Positions 36,831 to 49,000 of a DNA stretch of 64,000 nucleotides are shown one piece after another. The translations under genes were made by a program, and so were the position numbers. How positions within the stretch are numbered: position 1 is the stretch's first letter; the number at the start of each line of letters is the position of its first letter. Source of the DNA: Blastocladiella emersonii ATCC 22665 (taxonomy: Eukaryota; Fungi; Blastocladiomycota); NCBI GenBank assembly GCA_025594325.1, contig JANHCV010000007.1, forward strand, positions 1,550,001 to 1,614,000. The letters are read 5' to 3'. Under the pieces are notes generated by a model. The model saw nothing but the letters and a program-made list of their open reading frames with translations, was not told the DNA's origin and did no database searches.

Positions 36831-38361
36831 ATGAACTTCTCTCCCACGTTCTCGCTGCGCTGCTCGTTGCGCTTCACGGTTCTCTCCAAGCTTTGTCTCC
36901 GCTGTCAAGCCCCTTCCTCTTCTTCAACATTGAGATCCCTGTCCGCTACTCGCCTGGTGTTCCCCTCATCAACGCCAACGCCTCGACCAATCCGCTTGGC
37001 TTGCTGCAGGCCACGGCTGCCGCGTACCGCGGCAGCCTGCTTGTCGGCAACTCGTACAAGGCCAACGGCTTCATCAAGATCGACGTGTGCCTGTCCGTGA
37101 CGGCTCCAACCTTCAACGCCCCCAAGACGCTCGTGTTCTACCCAATCGCTTCCAGCCTGCTCGGTCAACTCGACCCCGCCATCCGCTACCCCAACCCCGC
37201 GATCATCAGCGGCCTGTTCACCTTCGGTTCGGTCGTCCTCATCGATTCGTTCCCTCACCGCGCTCACACACATCTCCCACTTCTAGGCGGTGGCAAGACG
37301 TTCGCCATGTGCCAACCCACGCTTGAACTGGCCCAGCCCATGACCATCATGAACGGCACATCGCAGTTCCTTGACCCGACGCACCGTGGCCAGCCTGCTC
37401 CCCGCGCAACCACATGGTCCATGAGCTGTGTGATCCCGACCAACCGGTACGTCCTGATCCGCTGTTCGACTCTTCTGCGAATCTTCTCACTCACAAATCG
37501 ATGTGCAGTGTGCATGGCAGTAAGGGCCTGTGGGTGACGGGCAAGACCATGCTTGTCTCTGGCCCGCTGTTCTGTGGCTTCGAGGGTGCGGCTAACGACA
37601 ACCACTTCACCATGTCCTTGTCCGTTGCCTTCTTCATCACCAAGATGCGGTTGGTCGCCACTGTGACGGCTCCGCCTCCTTTGCAGGGCCCCAACGGTCC
37701 GCCCATGTTCACAGCCGGTCCCTCGTCGCCCGCCAAGATGGTTCCCGGCGCTGCGGCCGCGCCCGCTGCGCTTGTCCCGCTCATGGCCGCGTGCACCACC
37801 CGCTCGCCAACTTCCACCTCGGCGTCCGTCAACGCGCCGTCGGGCAGCACCACGTCGGGCAGCACCACGTCCGGCAGCGCCACGACGCCGTCGGGACCCG
37901 CGGCGTCGGCCGTCGTCCAGGAGCTTGACATCAACCTGCAGGAGTGGGACGACGTCGGCAGCGAGTCCGACATGACCGTGGTTCCCGCGTCGTCGTCCGC
38001 TGTGACCAAGAACAAGAACATCACCAAGATTGTCGTCGACTTGGAGGCCAATGAGGAGGTCGACGCCAACGAGGAGGAGAGCGAGTGCGAGTCGGGCCCG
38101 TCGTCGTTGTCAAGCCGCGCGCGCAAGATGGCCACCAAGGCCAAGGGCCGCGACAAGAACAAGACGGTCAAGACCCCGCCGGCCTCGCCCACCAAGCGTA
38201 CCCGCACGTCGGCCGTCAAGGGCAAGTCCGGCGCTGCCGTCCCTGCCGCCCAAGACGACAACAAGGCCAACGATGACGACTTGGCGACCCCGCCGGCCTC
38301 GTCGACCAAGCGCGCGCGTCGCGGTCCCGCCAAGGGCAAGGGCAAGGACCGCTCGGCCTGA
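36831..38361 (+). CDS. Helitron accessory protein, beta-rich N-terminus (candidate OB-fold ssDNA-binding) with low-complexity tail (introns 36848-36909, 37226-37286, 37447-37508)
   Basis: TATA-like catataaa near 36770; three GT-AG introns restore one open frame; lies inside the Helitron termini. The OB-fold assignment is inference. Confidence 0.65.
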
Positions 38362-38615
38362 TCCTGATCCTGTTCCTTCCTTCGTTTCTTTTGAAAATAC
38401 TTCCGCTGTCTGATATATTCCAAACTCTTTTTCTTCCAACTGGTTACTACTCGAATTTGTGAGGTGCTTGTCGACTGGCGAGCTCAAAGAGTTTACCCCT
38501 GAACTCTGAGAACGCGTTTCAAAGACGCGTTGCGTGACGCGTCGCGTCGGCGCTCGCGTTCGTGTTCTCACAACTGTGACGCGCGACGCGCAACGCGAAG
38601 AGCCCTCGCTTCTCT

Positions 38616-40243
38616 GTGCTCATTGTCACGCTCGGCGAGGCCGGCACAGGAAAATCTCGGGTCATCAACTTGCTTTCCCAGATGTTCGCAGCACACGGTC
38701 GCTCAGACATGTTCCTCATCGCGGCTCCGACTGGCGTTGCAGCTTCACCAATCAACAGAGCGACATTGCACTCGACATTCAAGCTCCCAAATCATCCGCC
38801 GCTTGAGTCGATTTCCAGCAAAGTGGCTCACAAGGCCAGGACTCGACTACGGCCTGTCAAGTTTATCCTCATTGATGAAATCAGCATGGTTGGGGCCTCA
38901 GTTCTTTCAAAGATTCACACGCGCCTGATTGAGCTTTTCCACGAGAGCCGCAACCTTCCCTTCGCTGGTCGGCATGTCCTTGCATTTGGCGACTTCATGC
39001 AGTTCCCGCCCGTTGGTGCAACGTCACTGTGCACCGCCCAAGAAGTACCACGGGAACCCAAACTTGTCACCAACGAGTTTCTCGGCCTGCACGTCGATGG
39101 CGAACAAGTCCAGAGCGAACCTTCGAAACCTCAAAAGAAAAGGTCTTTGAGCGCAGACGCTCTAAACCTGTACGGCCGGCACCTATGGCTCAAATTCCGG
39201 GTCGTCTTCATTCTCCAGGAGCAGATGCGCCAGTCAAACGACGCCAAGCTTACAACGGTGCTCTGAGACCTCCAAGACAGCAAGGTTATAGACGCGGTCA
39301 ATGCGTTCATTGCGGAGCGCGACATTGCCAAGGTTATTCCAGGCATGGGCATTGACAACAACGACTGGCGCGACGCGACTTTCATTACCTCGACAAACGA
39401 GCTTCGTGACGCATGGAATGATCGTGCGGCAGCCACACATATGCGCGACTTGGGCATTCGCGACGACCAGATTGTGACAGTGCAGGCCAGCGTGGATTTC
39501 TCCAACCCAGATTCGCTTCGACCAGCGAAGCGAACTGCGAGCGGGTCCGAGAAGCAACACGAACCGGCGATTAGCAATGCATTGATGCAATTGTTGTTCG
39601 CGCGCATCAAAGAGCTTCCCCCAAAGCAACTTGATCACATGCCACACGCGATTACACTCTTTCCCGGTGCGCGAGTCATTGTTACAAGGAACGTCGCGAC
39701 CAGGTACGTTTTATCGCACACAGGTAAATCCGCGCCGCTCACCAGCTAACGATTCATGATAACAGCATCAGAATCGTCAACGGGATGATGGGTAAGGTTG
39801 TCGGCTTTGCTGTCGATGAAGACGGCCAGATCAAGGCTGTCATTGTACGACCCGACCGCGACCTTCAGCGAATCCCAAAACTTGACGGAATTGACGAGTT
39901 GGGTGACATCCCCATCAAGCGCGAGACAATTAGCAAGATGGTCACCATTGACGGCAAGCGGTGGACCTTTTGGCGATCGCAGTTCCCCATTGAGCTGAGT
40001 TACGCGATCATGGCGCACAAGGCGCAGGGGATGACCCTGAACAAGGTCATTGCCGACTTCGGCGACCCCAAGCTCCCGCATCGTTTTCCTGCCCAGTACC
40101 CGTACATGGTCCTCTCTCAAGCGCGCAGGACTGAGGACATCCTCATCATCCGGTTCAACAGTTGGGTTCTCGTGCAGAAGGCATTACAGCACGTGGCGAA
40201 GGACATGGAGCGACTGTCCCTGCTGAGCAGGATTGAGAATTGA
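38616..40243 (+). pseudogene. Helitron Pif1-family helicase, premature stop at 39264-39266, intron 39704-39765
   Basis: GEAGTGKS, APTGVAA, LIDEISMV, FGDFMQFPPV, EQMRQ, IVNG, QFPIELSYAIMAHKAQGMTL and YMVLS helicase motifs. Confidence 0.9.
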
Positions 40244-40966
40244 TAAACTACTTCACTTTCACCAACTGAAACAGTCTCAAGAAGCCAAGTAAAGCTACAG
40301 CTGAGACCCAAGTGTGTGCGCAGCACACACACCTAGTCTTTGAGATAATTTAATCGACCGCAGCGCGCCGCGTGACGGCCGGATGAGTCTCTGCCACGTG
40401 TCGCTGACCGCCGCGCGCTGCGTGAAGGGTGAATTTAGCCGCGCCCGGCTTGGCACGCACTGCACCTGAGCCTACAAATACCGGGCGTCCCTCGCGCCTG
40501 TCCACGCTCTCCACGCAGTTATAACTGCCAGACGTCTGGAAAAAATATTGATGAGGGGTACCGGCGGGCTTCGGCTCCATGGGCTTGGCTGGTGGTTGAC
40601 AAAAACAGGCTGGCCTGTGACTATCTATCTATACGAGGCTGGTCTGCCCTCCTCGCTGTCCCGTACACCAATGATTGCTACTTTGTGACGCGCGACCCGC
40701 GCATGCATTGCTGCTTTAGCCAACATTCATTGTATTTGATTCAGTTGTTATCGCTGTCCATGTCAAGGGGCTCAAACTGTTCAACAATTCCCTCCAATAC
40801 CCTCTGCTCTGCAAGGACTACACAGTCGCTTGAAAGCGCGTTTGTCGAATTAAACGCGCCAGACGTACAGGATGCAAGTAAGGCTGCATGGATGGCGGAC
40901 CAACCATGTCCAAGGCCGGCACTAAGGGTCGCGGCGCATGTGCGTTGACTACCACCGCCTCCATTG

Positions 40967-43440
40967 GGAAATTGGGGGTTAAGATCTCAAAGAGATCTAG
41001 CTAGATCTCTCATAGATCTTAGGGTTTTGGGGGCCAAAATAGCTTGAGAAGATCTAGGTAGAAATCCACTGCAAACCTATGTTTTCTATAGATCTCACCA
41101 TAGATCTATCCCTCCCGTCCAGCCGAGCTTGACTCCGTCAGGGCCAATAGATCTTCGCAACAAACGTAGATTCCCCGCCAATGAGGAGATCTGTGAGATT
41201 TTCAAGCGATCTTCGCCAAGCAAGAGATTTCAGCACACAACGGGAGAGTTTGATAAGTGAGGAACAGATCTGTATTGTGCATCAAATCTACGCGTTGTCG
41301 TCGTTGTCGTCACTATCCAGCGCAACTCCGTACGGACTCGCGCCTCAGGCACCCACCGCCAAGGCTGCAGTCGCAGCAGCAGCGGCAGCAGCGGTGGACT
41401 TGGTGAACGACCGGCGCACAACCTCCTCCGTGATCATTTGGACAAACGGGTGAGCAGCCCGGCGACGCTCAATGCTCGCGACCAGCTAGTGGAAGTAGCT
41501 GCGGCGGAACATGTTGACATCCACGATGGGCGCCGCTGACCCCTGCACGTACAACTGGACCATGGGAGCAAACTACACAGACACGTCGGGGCGTGAGCAA
41601 CAAAGCGAGTCAGGATCGTGCGCGACGCGTACCAGCTTGATGAAGTACACCATGTCAACAAGCGTGCGATCAAGTGCAAGTCGATCCACAATGGCAAACA
41701 GGTGCGGCCCGGGCAGCTTTGCTACGTCGGCCAGCGGTGGCGTTGGCGTGGGCGACCAGACACACAAAAACACACGCACGACTTGGGGAGGGGGACAGGT
41801 CGCCTAGGGTGCGCGAGCGGGTGCCATAGGCAATCAGCTTGACGATGCCGCGGGCGTAGGTTCTATAGGCGGGGCGGTCCGGGTCAGATCGCTGGTTGGG
41901 AAGCAGCCCAAAGCGGACGATCGCAAACATACGTCGTTGCCCTGCGGTTCCAGTCGAACGTGAGGTTGAGCACTACCTCGGACTTGCGGTTGCTGAGCAC
42001 CGTCGCTGCGCGTGCGCCACGTTGTGCGGGATCTCAATGGTGGCAACAATACGCGGCGCCATGACCATGCGACTGCAGGCCGTCTTGAGGCCCAGGAAGG
42101 ATAGGACGGCAGGATCGACAAGAGCGTCCACGTCGCCAACGCCAGCGAGGTTCAGAGCGTCCAGGGGGCAAAGGGTGGCGTCGGCCGGCTTGGGCAGGCA
42201 GTATCAGCCGTGGCGGGACCTGGACAGCGGGAGCACAAGAGAAGCGTCAGTGAGGGCAAACCCGTGCGACGGTCAGCGGCGCGGCGTGAGGCAGCAGCTG
42301 GTGGCGGCCGTGCGAGGTGGCGAGGTGGCGTGCACACGACGGCGCAGGGAGGGTCTGGCTTGTACCTGGCGCAGGCCATGGCGATGTGCCCAATGCAGTC
42401 GCGGAGCAAGTGCATGGAGTTGGATGAGTCGTAGGGGAGTTGGGGGGAAGGACGAGTGGCGGGGGAGGAGAGAGGAAGTCGGCGGCGGCGGGGGTGGGCG
42501 GTGGGCGGTGGCAACTGAGCGAAGGACTTCGCCCAAAACAAACGCCGCCGATCCTCACGTGCGCTTGACCGCCGCCTCGCTTGACAGGTTCACCGCGTCG
42601 CGTCGGACCATGCTTCCTCCCCTCTTGTAAAGCATACACAACGCAGGTCTGAAGATCTGATTACTGACACACTGCAACTCCCTCGCCGCGTGGTTTTGCG
42701 GTTGAACAAACTCGAAACAGCCGCGGTTACTGGCCATTGCTGCTCTGCCCAACCTGCTACGTGGTGAGATGCGCGAGCCGGAACTCGCTGATCCGTCCTG
42801 CAAGGTTGTTGGCGGCTCCACAACATTGTGATCACGCCCATTCATGACCCAGCTCCCACCTGAATGCACCATTGCAAGCGCCAGCAGCCCTGATCCCTCT
42901 CGCGCCAGTACAGCTCTTAAACAGCTCTCTTTGAAAGTTTCTTGACACCGCTCCTGCTCGCTGCCTAGAGGAGGTCGCTGCCCCTGGCCCACTCCCCTTC
43001 CCACATTGTTGGTCACGCTGCATGTGTGGTGCTCCCTGTCTGCTCACTTGAACCACGCTTCTCCCGACCCATCTGTGCGACGCACTAATGCACGACTGAG
43101 AGATAGTCCAGTGAACTGCTTGATTTATTCCAGACGCGACCATGGAGGGCAAAAGCAGCAATGATTGGTGCCACGATTTGAGAGTCAAGGACGCGCCGTG
43201 CGAGTTTTGTCTCAAAGTCGTTCGCTGCGCGAGTTGCGAGCGCTCGACTACTTCATAGATTTGTGGTCGAGCACCATAGATTACTCATAGATCTACATTG
43301 GGTGCCAAGATCTTTGCAAGCGGAGCCACCCCGGGCCAGTCAAGCGGGGCTAGATTTCCACAGGGCTAAGATCTTTGTAGATCACAGTGATCTAGGAAGA
43401 TCTTCGTGATCCACCGCAGCGGGGTGACCCCCCCATTTCC
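40967..43440. mobile_element. Putative non-autonomous DNA element with AGATCT-rich subterminal regions
   Basis: 10 AGATCT copies in 40982-41271 and 4 in 43289-43403; possible short TIR GGAAAT(T/G)GGGGG at 40967 and 43440; spliced pseudogene-like interior. Confidence 0.5.
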
Positions 43441-43450
43441 TGATGTCAGC

Positions 43451-45866
43451 AACCTGACGGTCAAGAACTGGTACGCGCTGCCGCTCATCTCGGAGCTCAT
43501 GAACCAGCTGCAGGGCGCGCGGTTCTTCACCAAGTTCGACCTGCGCGGCGCGTACAACCTGGTCCGGATCCGCAAGGCAACGAGTGGAAGACAGCGTTCC
43601 ACACGCGGGCCACTACAAGTGGCTGGTGATGCTGTTTGGTCTTGCGAACGCGCCCGCCGCGTTCCAGGCGTTTGTCAATGATGTGTTCTGCGACCTGCTT
43701 GACCGCGGCGTCGTGGTGTACCTGGACGACATTTTGATCTACGGCGGCGCAACGCAGGAGGAGCACACGGCGCTCATCAAGGAGGTGCTGCAGCGGCTGC
43801 TTGACAACCACCTGTTTGTCAAGCTCAAGAAGTGCGCGTTCAACGTGCAGCGCGTTGAGTACCTCGGGCACGTGGTCAGCACGTTGGGCGTCAAGATGGA
43901 TCCAGGGAAGGTGCGCGCCGTGACAGAGTGGCCTGTGGCGCGGACAGTCAAGCAGGTGCAGTTGTTCCTCGGCCTTGCTAACTACTACCGCAACTTCATC
44001 CCCGACTTCTCAAAACTGGCGCTGCCGCTCACGCGGCTCACGCAGAAGGACATGGCGTGGCGGTGGGGCGAGTTGGAGGCAGCGGCGTTTGAGGCCATCA
44101 AGTTGCAGTTCGCCACAGGCGGGGTGCTGGTGCACGTGGACCCCAACAAGCCGTTTGTGGTCGAGACGGACGCGTCCAACTTTGCCATCAGGTGCGTGCT
44201 GGCGCAGCGCGACAATGCGGGCGAGCTGTGGCCAGTCGCGTTCCACTCGCGCTCGCTCAAGGCGGCGGAGCTCAACTACCCGGTGCTTGATAAGGAGTTG
44301 CTTGCCATCAAGGTCGCGTTTGAGGTGTGGCGGCACCACCTCAAGGGCGCGCGGCACCCAGTCCAGGTGTTCACTGACCACAAGAACCTTGAGCATTTCC
44401 GCACCATGAAGGTCGAGTCGCAGCGGCACGCGCGGTGGGCGCTGTTCTTTGAGCGGTTCAAGTTCCAGTTCACGTACCAGCCCGGCGCCATCAACAGGCG
44501 CGCCGACGCGCTCTTGCGCCGCGCCGACTACGAGGCGCGCAATAACCCAATGCTCAGCCGCTCGATCGTCCCCACCACATCGCTCATGGTTGGCGCCACG
44601 CTGGGCACGTCGGCGGGCGACGGCGAGGGGGAGGAGGATGGCAACCCAACCCACGCAGCAATTCTGGACGACATGCGCAACAACAAGTACGCGCAGAAGG
44701 TGCGGCGCAACCAAGCCAAGTACCCGCAGCTCGAGGTTGACCTCAACGGGTTCATCTGGTGCGAGGCCAAGCTGTACGTGCCCACAGGCGTCGCGCGCAT
44801 GCACGTGCTTGAGGAGGCGCACTTGATGCGGGTCGCAGGGCATTTCGGCGTCGCGCGCACCATCAACCTGGTCGAGCGGTCGTACTGGTGGCCCAGGATG
44901 CGCCGCGAGGTTGACCTGTTTGTCAAGTCGTGCCTCACCTGCGCGCAGGCCAAGGTGCCGCGTCATCGACCCAACAGCAAGCTGCAGCCACTGCCCACGC
45001 CGTTGTGGCCGTGGTTGTTGGTCTCCATGGACTTCATCACGGACCTGCCGCGCAGCAAGGGCATGACGTGCATCATGGTTGTGGTCAACTGGTTCTCCAA
45101 GATGACACACTTCATCCCGCTCGCTGCGATCCCAACGGTCGCCACAACCGCCAAGGCCTTCATCCAGCACGTTGTGCGGCTGCACGGGCTCCCCACTGAC
45201 ATCGTTTCGGACCGCGGGTCGCAGTTCACATTGCGGTTCTGGTTGGCCATGTGCGAGTCGCTCGAGATCAAGGCCAAGCTCTTGACAGCGTACCACCTGC
45301 AGACCAATGGGCAGACCAAGCGCATGAACCAGACCCTCAAGGTGTACCTGCGCATGTTTGTCAACGAGGAGCAGACGAACTGGGTCAAGCTGCTGCCGTA
45401 CGCCGAGATGGCCATCAACAACGCATGCAACAAGTCAACAGGCGAGACGCCGTTCAAGGTCAACTATGGCTTTGACCCGCGGCTGGCGGCGGCAACAGAC
45501 TGGTCAGGTTGGGTCCCATTGGCCGCGGCGCTGGCCAAGCGCATCGCCAACATCCAGGGCCAGCTGCTTGAGAAGGTCAAGCGCGCCAAGCAGCTGTACA
45601 AGAAGCACGCTGACCAACGCCGCCGCAAGGGCCCCAACTACAAGGTCGGCGACATGGTGCTGCTGAGCACCAAGAACCTGCGTGTCAACGTGCCCAAGGC
45701 CAAGCTCGGGCAGAAGTACACAGAGCCGCTCAAGATTGTGCGCCTCATCTGCAAGTCGGCCATTGAGCACAAGCTGCTGCTGACCATGGCGCGCGTCCAC
45801 CCGGTGTTCCACATCTCGCTTGTCAAGCCAGTGGTTGCGCACAACGAGGACACGTTCCCAGGCCGC
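43451..45866 (+). pseudogene. Ty3/Gypsy chromovirus A, 5'-truncated pol (RT-RNaseH-integrase)
   Basis: [41 protein letters not shown]...C, SMDF, SDRG and GPY/F-like region; frameshift near 43580-43610; interrupted at 45866. Confidence 0.93.
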
Positions 45867-46083
45867 TGTAAAGACGAGGGACCAGGGGCGGGTTGATGAA
45901 CACGAGGCGCAATTAATCGCGTGATAAATGATCTTGTTCCGTGGAGAGCGAGAGCCGGCTGCACCGCACTCCACGCTGAAATGGGGACAACAGTGAACGG
46001 GGAGCGGGGAATCTTGGATCGGCAAGTCGCGCCACGCCGCGCGTGAACGCAACGCGCCACACCTGTCACGCTGCGCCGTGACA
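45867..46083 (-). repeat. 3' LTR of element B
   Basis: Direct repeat of 51438-51654. Confidence 0.97.
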
Positions 46084-49000
46084 CCACCTCCCCCTCCCGC
46101 CCACGGCCCGTCGCGGCGGTCGAGGTTTGTTGGGGTGCGCCGCGTAGAACTGCGCGACAGCCTCGAGGCGGCGCATGTTGTCTGAGTTGTCTTGCCACGT
46201 CGCCTCGTTGATTGGGTACCCGCGCCAGTGGACAAGGTACCGCACAGTCTTGTTGCAGCCGGACCCAATGTACTTGGAGTCAAGGATCTGCTCAACGAAG
46301 TAGTACTCCTTGTCGTTGCGGATGATGGGGTCAGGCGGCGGTACGTGACGACTGGGGAACCAACGCTTGTCCAACGCAACAAACGGCTTGACAAGCGAGA
46401 CGTGGAAGATGGGGTGGACGCGCTCCATGCCCTCGGGCAACTCAAGCTTGACGTTGGTCACGCCAATGACGCGCTTGATGCGGAACGGACCCAGGTAGAG
46501 CGGCGCGAGCTTGTTCGACGACTTGATGTGGCGCAGGTTCTTGGCCGAGAGCAGGACCATCTGGTTGACGTGGTACTGCGGCGCCTCGCGGCGGCGTTGG
46601 TTGGCGTACTGCTTCTGTTGAGCCCGTGCGCGCTTGAGGTGCTGGCGCATCTTGGTCTGGACCTGGCCAATACGTTGCGCAAAGTTGACAACCTTGTTGG
46701 CGCCCTTGCCAATACCCTTGGCCAATGGCGGCGGGTCCGTGAACTTGGGCCCAAACCTGTAGTTGGCCTCGAACGGCGTCTTGCCCGTCGACTCGTGCTG
46801 CACGTTGTTGTAGGCGATCTCGGCGACAAGCAGCATTGAGCGCCACGAGTCCTGGTGGCGGTCGAGGTACAGGCGCAGATACTGCTCGAGCGACTGGTTG
46901 ATGCGCTCAGTCTGCCATCGGTCTGCAGGTGGAACGCCGTCAACAGCTTGCGCTTGATCCCAAGCGTCTTGCACAGTTGCGCCCAGTACTGCGACGTAAA
47001 CTGGGTCCCGCGGTCCAAGACGATCTTGTTGGGCAGCCCGTGATGCCAGACAACGTGCTCGATCATGGCGTTGGCCGTGCCCTCGGCCGTCGGAACGCCG
47101 GGCATGGCGACAACGTGGGCCATCTTGGTCAGGCGGTCGACAACAACCATGATGCACGTCATGCCGTCGCTGGTCGGCAGGATGACCATGAAGTTGACAG
47201 AGATTGAGCTCCACGGGCGGCGCGGGATTGGTAGCAGCTGCAGCAGGCCCAAGGGGAGCTGACGCAACGGCTTGCACCGCTGGCAGCGCACGCACGACTC
47301 AATGAAGGCCTCAACGTTGCGGCGCCACGTTGGCCACCAGTACTTGGCCGCGATCTTCTCAAACGTCTTGCGGCGGCTGGGGTGGCCCAAGATTGGCGCG
47401 TTGTGCTCCTGCTCAAGGACGCGGGTGCGTGCCACGCCGTCGGGCACGTACAGGCGCTTGTTGAACCACAGGAGCCCGTTGTTGTCAAAGCGCAGCGAGG
47501 GGTATTGCTCCGGATCACCGCAAACCCAAGCAGCAAACTCGTTGTCAGCCATCCCCCTCCTAACGGCCGACGTCCCCGTTGGCTCTTCACCGATGCCCGG
47601 TTCCTTGAGCACCTTGGGCGGGTTGGGCGGCAGCGCGAACGACTTGGTGGCGCGACTCGACGTGTCCGACATGGCCGCAGCAATGACCTTGGCCGCAAGC
47701 AGCGGCTGCCCGAGCTGCGGGTTGTACTCGCGCTCGTAGTTGGGACGCCGCAACAGCGCATCCGCGCGGCCGTTGTCCTTGCCGGGCACGTACGAGATGT
47801 GGAAGTCGAACTGGTCAAAGAAGAGCGACCACCAAGCGTGCCGCTGCGACTCGACCTTGGCCAAGCGGAAGTACTCGAGATTGCAGTGGTTGGTGCGGAC
47901 CTCAACGGGGCAGCGCGCGCCCTCGAGGTGGTGTCGCCACACCTCAAACGCAACCTTGATGGCGAGCAGTTCCTTGTCAAAGATTGGGTAGTTGAGCTCC
48001 GGCCCTTTCAGCGACTGCAAGTGGTAAGCGACTGGGTGCAGATGAGCTCCATTGTCATCGCGTTGCAGGAGGACGCAGCCGAGAGCGAAGTTGGAGGCGT
48101 CCGTCTTGACGATGAACGGCTTGAGCGGGTCGGGATGGGCGAGCACGGGCTGCAAGGTGAACGCCGACTTGAGCAACTCAAACGCCTTCTCCTCGATGTC
48201 GGTCCACTTCCATGCAACGTCCTTGCGCGTGAGTCGATGCAACGGGAGCGCGATGGCCAAGTATTCCTTGATGAAGCGGCGGTAGTAGTTAGCGAACCTG
48301 AGGAACTTCTGCACGTCGCGGACCGACGTGGGTCTCGGCCACTCGAGGACGGCCGCGATCTTGGCCTGGTCCATGGCGACGCCCGTCGCCGACACAACGT
48401 GGCCCAGGTACTTGGTCTTGTCGGTGAAGAACTCGCACTTGTCGCAGCGCGCGTACAGGCCGTGGTCGCGCATCCGTCGCAGCACCTTGGCGAGGATTTG
48501 GGCGTTCTCCTCGCGGGTCTTCGAATAGATGAACACGTCGTCCAGATACACCAGGACGCCGCGGTCAATGAGGTCGCGGAAGATGTCGTTGACCAGGTGC
48601 TGAAAAACGGCTGGCGCGTTTGACAGGCCAAACGGCATCACGAGGTACTCGAAGTGGCTGTACTTGGTGCGGAACGCCGTCTTCCACTCGTCGCCAGGCT
48701 TGATGCGGACGAGGTTGTACGCGCCGCGCAGGTCGAGCTTGGAGAACACCTTGGCGCCCTGGACGCGGTCAAGGATCTTGTGGATGAGTGGCAGCGGGTG
48801 TCAGTTCTTGATTGTGATGGCGTTGAGCCGTTGGTAGTCAATGCACATGCGCTTTGACCCGTCCTTCTTGGGCACAAAGATGACTGGCGCGCTGGCGGGC
48901 GACTTGGACGGCCGGATGAAGCCGCGCGCGAGCAGGTCGTCGATGGTCTTGCACAGCTCCTCGGACTCAGCCTTGGTCAGCGCGTAGATGGGCAGGAACG

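Larger units (their letters stand above)
36261..40336 (+). mobile_element. Non-autonomous Helitron (Helitron2-like termini), about 4.1 kb
   Basis: Perfect 17-bp inverted repeat tctcagctgtagcttta (36261-36277) / taaagctacagctgaga (40290-40306); 5' hairpin ctcagct/agctgag; 3' hairpin gtgtgtgc-gca-gcacacac (40312-40330) then CTAG|T (40333-40337); encloses a Pif1 helicase. Confidence 0.8.

Noticed and set aside
36831-38361. Helitron ORF1 as a Fanzor or Rep protein
   Set aside because: No RuvC (DPG, DExxTS, RD) or HUH motifs are visible.
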